From: Eledone cirrhosa
Taxonomy: Eukaryota
Direction: 5' to 3'
Length of the DNA: 64,000 bases
Assembly: GCA_964016885.1 (NCBI GenBank)
Contig: OZ024743.1
Coordinates: forward strand, 181,288,001-181,352,000
Shown piece after piece: positions 56,334-64,000 of the stretch (the stretch's first letter is position 1; each line of letters begins with the position of its first letter). Under the pieces are notes generated by a model that saw only the letters and a program-made list of their open reading frames with translations, was not told where the DNA came from and did not search any database. The position numbers were made by a program, and so were the translations under genes.

Positions 56334-57737
56334 TTAACTAATCCATTGCTGACCTTCTACAAATTTCAGGAAAGACGCAAATTTGAATACTGCTACCACA
56401 TCTGGGTCAGTACTATTCCTAAGGACAAACATGTTTGATCACCACCACCAACACCACCCAAAAAGACATCCGAGTTATTAGTAAAATGTCACTCACCAAA
56501 ACATCATACTATATGGTCAACAGAAGTGTTATTTCCTAATTCTATCACTACTACCTCGATTTCTGCTCCTTTGAACCAGAGTTACATACCACGTCCACTC
56601 TAAAGGCGTCTATTGTGTCTCACAACCTTGACCCTGCACCGACGACTAGAGTTGGTGAATGGCACTGCTCCTTCCTTTCTGACTAACTATTTTTAAAAAG
56701 CAAAGAACTAACATCAACAATAAAAACAATTACTAAACCAGAACCAGCTTGACCGATAAAATAGGGTTAGATATGAATATAAACACAATGACCATAACAA
56801 CAAAACACTGGACTCTCAATATCTCAGGCCATCTATTTAGGGATAAAGACTGCGAATTGGCTGAATAGTTAGAACGCTAATTGTTTCGGCTCTTTGCTCT
56901 CTGAGTTCAAATCCCACCAAGGTCAACTGTGCCTTTCATCTATTCGAGTTTTAAAATGCCATAAAAACGTGTATATAACCATGGTGCCCCTACGACTCCC
57001 TCATGAGTTATGGGACCAAGCATGCATGTATATTAGGGACATATGTATTTACTGATGTGAGAAGTATCATTCCTGCAAAAGTTTATTTATTATTGTTTCA
57101 TCGACTCTTACTGTTGATGTGTTAATAGAAAGTATCGCTAACATCTCTTACATGAAGATAGAAGAGTGTTGTTGTTGTTGTTGTTGTTGTTGTTAACGTT
57201 GTTGTTGTTATTGCTGTTGCTGTTAATGATGTTGTTGTTGTTATTGCTGTTGCTGTTGATGATGTTGTTGTTGTTCTTCTTCTTTTTGTTAGTATTACTC
57301 ATATCAAACAAACATCATATTGACATCTAAAAACGGGAGCGATTGAAACGAAAACGACAAAAATAACGACGGAATAAACACTTGAAAATGACAGTGACAA
57401 CAACGAAGATAAGCAGCACATCAACAACAACAACAACAACAACATCATCAGTAGCAGAAAAAGAGATACTGTGATGATAGATAACTGAAGTACTTTAATT
57501 GACGTCCTACTAGAAGCTAGTTACTCAATTGGATTGATGTAAAATTTTGTTGGGTTTCAAAAATCGGAATTTATCTTCGTTGTGCTCTTCTGAATTGGGG
57601 AATTGCAGCACCATCCTTTAAGTTTACTGTTCCTTGGGATGGGGATATTGTTGTTGTTGTTGTTGTTTATGTCCAGGTCAACTTTGGTAGAGCAGCCCCT
57701 TTCACGATCAAACGGTTTCGGCCGTTACATTACCACC

Positions 57738-57771
<34 letters not shown>

Positions 57772-57901
57772 AAAATTCCATATATCTTAAGATATACGGT
57801 ATGCTTAATAAATAAACATTTTGAACGCCCAGCTATGAATATTGAAAGGCTCACGGTCAGCGCCGTCAAGAGGAATCCAGCAGAAGCAGCAAAGGACAAC
57901 T

Positions 57902-57939
57902 GCCTATGCGCATTTCGAGCCAATGACTCTCATCAGGAC
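57902..57939 (-). ncRNA. Minimal type-I hammerhead with palindromic stem III
   Basis: Minus strand GTC-CTGATGA-GAGTC-att-GGCTC-GAAA-TGCGCA-TA-GGC; self-complementary ATGCGCAT; AUA triplet. Confidence 0.78.
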
Positions 57940-57950
57940 TGGTCATGCAC

Positions 57951-57984
<34 letters not shown>

Positions 57985-57987
<3 letters not shown>

Positions 57988-58130
57988 ATACAATATTTAA
58001 TATAGAAATGTCTTCGACCCGTCTAGAACTGTTTCATTCGAAGTAAACCATCAGGAATGCCCAAATGATTTCCTTCGAATGAAACAGTCCTAGTCCTGTA
58101 GAAGCCATTTCTATATTAAATTTGTATATA
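57985..58130. repeat. Imperfect ~145-bp foldback with degenerate hammerhead halves
   Basis: TATACAA..TTTAATATAGAAATG..CTAG.ACTGTTTCATTCGAAG / CTTCGAATGAAACAGT.CTAG..CATTTCTATATTAAA.TTGTATA. Confidence 0.7.
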
Positions 58131-58671
58131 CTCTACTATGTTTTGAGTACCTTACTTACGGTGGTTACCCCCGATTGAACCCCCCCCCCCACACGCACAC
58201 ATATATATATATATACACACGTATTGTACCACAATGTATCTTTCTGTGTTTAGGACGGCAGCCTGTACTTTAACATACATACATAAATACTTATATCTAA
58301 ACTTACAGACATATGGATTCTTCTGTGTGTAGGTGTGTGTATGAGAGAAGGGTGCGTGTATGTGTAGGTGTGGATACAGACTTATATTTATAGATGAAAG
58401 AAGAAAGGGGAGTGGTTGAGGAAATGAAAGAGTATAGGGGCTAGCCACTGGGCGCATTGTTTGAGGATAATTAAAGGACATAGTCTCGTTGTTGATTTCA
58501 AGCGCCCGGATGTCTCTGCAAACCAATCAGGTGTCTAGCCAGGTGGAGTAACAAGAAATAAATTGCTTTTGTTTTCTTTGGTGAGGGCAGAGGGTGCTAC
58601 ATATTTTGTGGAATATGGAGTTGGATGCAATTAGGGCAGCAAATATGGGGACTTTCTCCGTGAGGCAACTG

Positions 58672-58990
58672 TTATTGTTGTTGTTGTTGTTCTTCTTCTT
58701 CTTCTTCTTCTTGTTCTTCTTCTTCTTCTTCTTCGCCCACTTATTTCTGGGTGAGTCGTGAAGGATGAGACCTTAAACACTCCTTCCAACGGGTCCTGTC
58801 AGAAGCATTCGTCTCCAACTGATCTGGCTGGATCCCCAAGTGTGACCAGCCAAGCAGATGGATGTTATCCAACCATCTTGTTCGGGGTCTACCCCTAGGT
58901 CTCCTTCCGGTTGGTTCTGCCCGTAAAATCTGTCCAGCGATTCTTTCCTGAAACATGCTAACCACATACCCATAGTATCGGAACTTACCA
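58672..58990 (-). mobile_element. RTE-clade (Rex3/Expander-like) LINE 3' end with (GAA)n/(CAA)n tail
   Basis: ORF 58741-59034 contains FRYYGYVVSMFQERIAGQILRAEPTGRRPRGRPRTRWLDNI..GWSHLGIQPDQLE..ASDRTRWKECL, a typical RTE C-terminus. Confidence 0.82.
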
Positions 58991-59199
58991 GTAAGGGTTC
59001 GTGTATAAAACACTCGGTTTACAAGAAAGGGCAACGTAAATAGTCAAATTCTGCTTCAACGTACTCTACTGCCTTTGTGGTAAAGGGAGTGTGTATGGCT
59101 GTGTTGATAACTGTGTAAAGCTGTGTGTATACATATATGGTTGTATATATTCTGGTGTGTTTGTTTGACTCTGTGTTTGTGTGTGTATGTTAAAGTGTA

Positions 59200-62100
59200 C
59201 GTAGGTCTGTGACACAGTGTATGTGTGTCTGTGTTACAGTGTATGTGGGTCTGTGACACAGTGTATGTGTGTCTGTGACACAATGTATGTGTGCCTGTGT
59301 TACAGTGTATGTGTGTCTGTGTTACAGTGTATGTGTGTCTGTGTTACAGTGTATGTGTGTCTGTGACACAGTGTATGTGTGTCTGTGACACAGTGTATGT
59401 GTGTCTGTGATACAGTGTATGTGTGTCTGTGACACAGTGTATGTGTGTATGTGTTACAGTGTATGTGTGTCTGTGACACAGTGTATGTGTGTCTGTGTTA
59501 CAGTGTATGTGTGTATGTGACACAATGTATGTGTGTCAGTGACACAGTGTATGTGTGTCTGCGATACAGTGTATATGTGTCTGTGACACAGTGTATGTGT
59601 CTGTGTTAAAGTGTATGTGTGTCTGTGACACAATGTATGTGTGTATGTGACACAGTTTATGTGTGTCTGTGTTACAGTGTATGTGTCTCTGTGTTACAGT
59701 GTATGTGTGTCTGTGACACAGTGTATGTGTGTCTGTGTTACAGTGTATGTGTGTCTGTGTTACAGTGTATGTGTGTATGTAACAGTGTATGTGTCTGTGA
59801 CACGGTGTATGTGTGTCTGTGTTGCAGTGTATGTGTGTATGTCGCAGTGTATGTCGGTCTATGATACAGTGTATGTGTGTATGTGTTACAGTGTATATGT
59901 GTATGCCACAGTGTATGTGTGTCTGTATTACAGTGTATGTGTGTATGTGACACAGTGTATGTGTGTATGTTAAACAGTGTATGTGTGTCTGTGGCACATT
60001 GTATGTGTGTCAGTGACACAGTGTATGTGTGTCTGTGACACAATATATGTGTGTCTGTGACACAGTGTATGTGTGTATGTCACCGTGTATGTGTCTGTGA
60101 CACAGTGTATGTGTATGTGTTACAGTGTATGTGTGTATGCCACAGTGTATGTGTGTCTGTTAAACAGTGTATGCGCGTCTGTGACACAGTGTATGTGTGT
60201 CTGTGGCACAGTGTATGTGTGTTTGTATTACAGTGTATGTGTGTTTGTATTACAGTGTATGTGTGTCTGTGACACAGTGTATGTGTGTCTGTGACACAGT
60301 GTATGTGTATCTGTGACACAGTGTATGTGTGTCTGTGACACAGTATATGTGTGTCTGTGATACAGTGTATGTGTGTCTGTGTTACAGTGTATGTGTGTCT
60401 CTGTTGCAGTGTATGTGTATGTGTGTCTGTGACACAGTGTATGTGTGTATGTGACAGAGTATATGTGTGTCTGTGTTACAGTGTATGTGCGTCTGTGTTA
60501 CAGTGTATGCGCGTCTGTGACACAGTGTATGTGTGTATGTGGCACAGTGTATATGTGTTTGTATTACAGTGTATGTGTGTATGTGACACAGTGTATGTGT
60601 GTCTGTGTTACAGTGTATGTGGGTCTATGACAGAGTGTATGTGTGTCTGTGAGACAATGTATGTGTGCCTGTGTTACAGTGTATGTGTGTATGTGTTACA
60701 GTGTATGTGTGTATGTGTTACAGTGTATGTGTGTCTGTGACACAGTGTATGTGTGTCTGTGACACAGTGTATGTATGTCTGTGGCACAGTGTATGTGTGT
60801 ATGTGACACAGTGTATGTGTGTATGTGTTACAGTGTATGTGTCTCTATGTTACAGTGTATGTGTGACTGTGACACAGTGTATGTGTGTCTTTGACACAGT
60901 ATATGTGTGTCTGTGTTACAGTGTATGTGTGTCCGTGACACAGTGTATGTGTGTCTGTGTTACAGTGTATGTGTGTCTGTGTTACAGTGTATGTGTGTCT
61001 GTGACACAGTATATGTGTGTGTATGACACAGTGTATGTGTGTCTGTGTTACATTGTATGTGTGTCTATGACACAGTGTATGTGTGTATATCACAGTGTCT
61101 GTGTCTATGACACAGTGTATGTGTGTCTGTGTTACAGTGTATGTGTGACACAGTGTATGTGTGTATGCCACAGTGTATGTGTGTCTGTGACAGTATATGT
61201 GTGTCTATGACACAGTGTATGTGTGTCTGTGACACAGTGTATGTGTGTATGTCACAGTGTATGTCGGTCTAAGGTGCAGTGTATGTGTGTGTGTGTTGCA
61301 GTGTATGTGTGTATGGCACAGTGTATGTGTGTCTGTTAAACAGTGTATGTGTGTCTGTGACACAGTGTATGTGTGTATGTAACACAGTGTATGTGTGTAT
61401 GTGTGCCTGTGATACAGTGTACGTGTCTGTGTTACAGTGTATGTGTGTTCTACTAAACAGTTTATGTGTGTCTCTGACACTGTGTATGTGTGTCTGTGTT
61501 ATAGTGAATGTGTGTATGTCACAGTGTATGTGGGTCTATGATACAGTGTATGTGTGTCTGTGACACAGAGTATGTGTGTATGTCACAGTGTATGTGGGTC
61601 TGTGATACAGTGTATGTGTGTATGTGACACAGGGTGTGTGTGTCTGTGTTACAGTGTATGTGTATGTGTGTCTGTGACACAGTGTATGTGTGTCTGTGTT
61701 GCAGTGTATGTGTGTCTGTGACACAGTGTATGTGTGTCTGTGACACAGTGTATGTGTGTTTGTGACACAGTGTATGTGTGTCTGTGTTACAGTGTATGTG
61801 TGTCTGTGACCAAGTGTATGTGTGTATGTCACAGTGTATGTTTGTGTGACCCAGTGTATGTGTGTCTGTGTTACAGTGTATGTGTGTATGTCACAGTGTA
61901 TGTGGGTCTGTGATACAGTGTATGTGTGTCTGTGTTAGGGTGAATGTGTGTATGTCACAGGATATGTGGGTCTATGATACAGTGTATGTGTGTCTGTGAC
62001 ACAGAGTATGTGTGTATGTCACAGTGTATGTGGGTCTGTGATGCAGTGTATGTGTGTCTGTGACACAGGGTATGTGTGTCTGTCTTACAGTGTATGTGTA

Positions 62101-64000
62101 TCTGTGACACAGTGTATGTGTGTCTGTGACACAGTATATGTGTGTCTGTGATACAGTGTATGTGTGTCTGTGTTACAGTGTATGTGTGTCTCTGTTGCAG
62201 TGTATGTGTGTATCTGACAGAGTATATGTGTGTCTGTGTTACAGTGTATGTGCGTCTGTGTTACAGTGTATGCGCGTCTGTGACACAGTGTATGTGTGTC
62301 TGTGGCACAGTGTATGTGTGTTTGTATTACAGTGTATGTGTGTCTGTGACACAGTGTATGTGTGTCTGTGACACAGTGTATGTGTATCTGTGACACAGTG
62401 TATGTGTGTCTGTGACACAGTATATGTGTGTCTGTGATACAGTGTATGTGTGTCTGTGTTACAGTGTATGTGTGTCTCTGTTGCAGTGTATGTGTGTCTG
62501 TGACACAGTGTATGTGTGTATGTGACAGAGTATATGTGTGTCTGTGTTACAGTGTATGTGCGTCTGTGTTACAGTGTATGCGCGTCTGTGACACAGTGTA
62601 TGTGTGTCTGTGGCACAGTGTGTGTTTGTATTACAGTGTATGTGTGTCTGTGACACAGTGTATGTGGGTCTATGACACAGTGTATGTGTGTCTGTGACAC
62701 AATGTATGTGTGCCTGTGTTACAGTGTATGTGTGTATGTGTTACAGTGTATGTGTGTATGTGTTACAGTGTATGTGTGTCTGTGACACAGTGTATGTGGG
62801 TCTATGACACAGTGTATGTGTGTCTGTGACACAATGTATGTGTGCCTGTGTTACAGTGTATGTGTGTATGTGTTACAGTCTATGTGTGTATGTGTTACAG
62901 TGTATGTGTGTCTGTGACACAGTGTATGTATGTCTGTGACACAGTGTATGTGTGTCTGTGACACAGTGTATGTGTGTCTGTGTTACAGTGTATGTGTGTA
63001 TGTGACACAATGTATGTGTGTCAGTGACACAGTGTATGTGTGTCTGCGATACAGTGTATATGTGTCTGTGACACAGTGTATGTGTCTGTGTTAAAGTGTA
63101 TGTGTGTCTGTGACACAGTGTATGTGTGTATGTGACACAGTTTATGTGTGTCTGTGTTACAGTGTATGTGTCTCTGTGTTACAGTGTATGTGTGTCTGTG
63201 ACACAGTGTATGTGTGTCTGTGACACAGTGTATGTGTATCTGTGACACAGTGTATGTGTGTCTGTGACACAGTATATGTGTGTCTGTGACACAGTGTATG
63301 TGTATCTGTGACACAGTGTATGTGTGTCTGTGACACAGTGTATGTGTATCTGTGACACAGTGTATGTGTGTCTGTGTTACAGTGTATGTGTGTCTCTGTT
63401 GCAGTGTATGTGTGTCTGTGACACAGTGTATGTGTGTATGTGACAGAGTATATGTGTGTCTGTGTTACAGTGTATGTGCGTCTGTGTTACAGTGTATGCG
63501 CGTCTGTGACACAGTGTATGTGTGTCTGTGGCACAGTGTATGTGTGTTTGTATTACAGTGTATGTGTGTCTGTGACACAGTGTATGTGGGTCTATGACAC
63601 AGTGTATGTGTGTCTGTGACACAATGTATGTGTGCCTGTGTTACAGTGTATGTGTGTATGTGTTACAGTGTATGTGTGTATGTGTTACAGTGTATGTGTG
63701 TCTGTGACACAGTGTATGTGGGTCTATGACACAGTGTATGTGTGTCTGTGACACAATGTATGTGTGCCTGTGTTACAGTGTATGTGTGTATGTGTTACAG
63801 TCTATGTGTGTATGTGTTACAGTGTATGTGTGTCTGTGACACAGTGTATGTATGTCTGTGACACAGTGTATGTGTGTATGTGACACAGTGTATGTGTGTA
63901 TGTGTTACAGTGTATGTGTCTCTATGTTACAGTGTATGTGTGACTGTGACACAGTGTATGTGTGTCTTTGACACAGTATATGTGTGTCTGTGTTACAGTG
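59200..64000. repeat. Tandem satellite, ~22-bp unit CAGTGTATGTGTGTCTGTG(AC/TT)A, runs off window end
   Basis: Continuous for more than 4.8 kb; all ORFs here are repeat translations. Confidence 0.97.

Overview
This is eukaryotic, AT-rich, microsatellite-saturated, non-genic DNA. The repeat families and (AT)n/(GT)n/(GA)n density suggest an invertebrate, most likely an octopus-like cephalopod (inference). No host protein-coding gene could be supported; nearly all ORFs in the track are microsatellite read-throughs. The window is bounded by two satellites: a 27-29 bp unit at 1-4227 and a ~22 bp unit at 59200-64000. It contains a decayed 4.4-kb Helitron with intact termini plus several non-autonomous Helitrons, a 5'-truncated L1/Tx1-type LINE embedded in (AGAT)n, a Hero/R2-group RLE fragment, RTE (Rex3/Expander-like) 3' ends, two tRNA-derived SINE families and several MITEs. 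The most notable signal is a dense set of minimal type-I hammerhead-ribozyme motifs: about 8 with intact cores plus degenerate copies, from at least 5 sequence families. Most are carried by non-coding foldback or inverted-repeat elements inserted at (TA)n tracts. This fits a diverse population of non-autonomous Penelope-like or retrozyme-like elements. All folds were inferred by eye and are untested.
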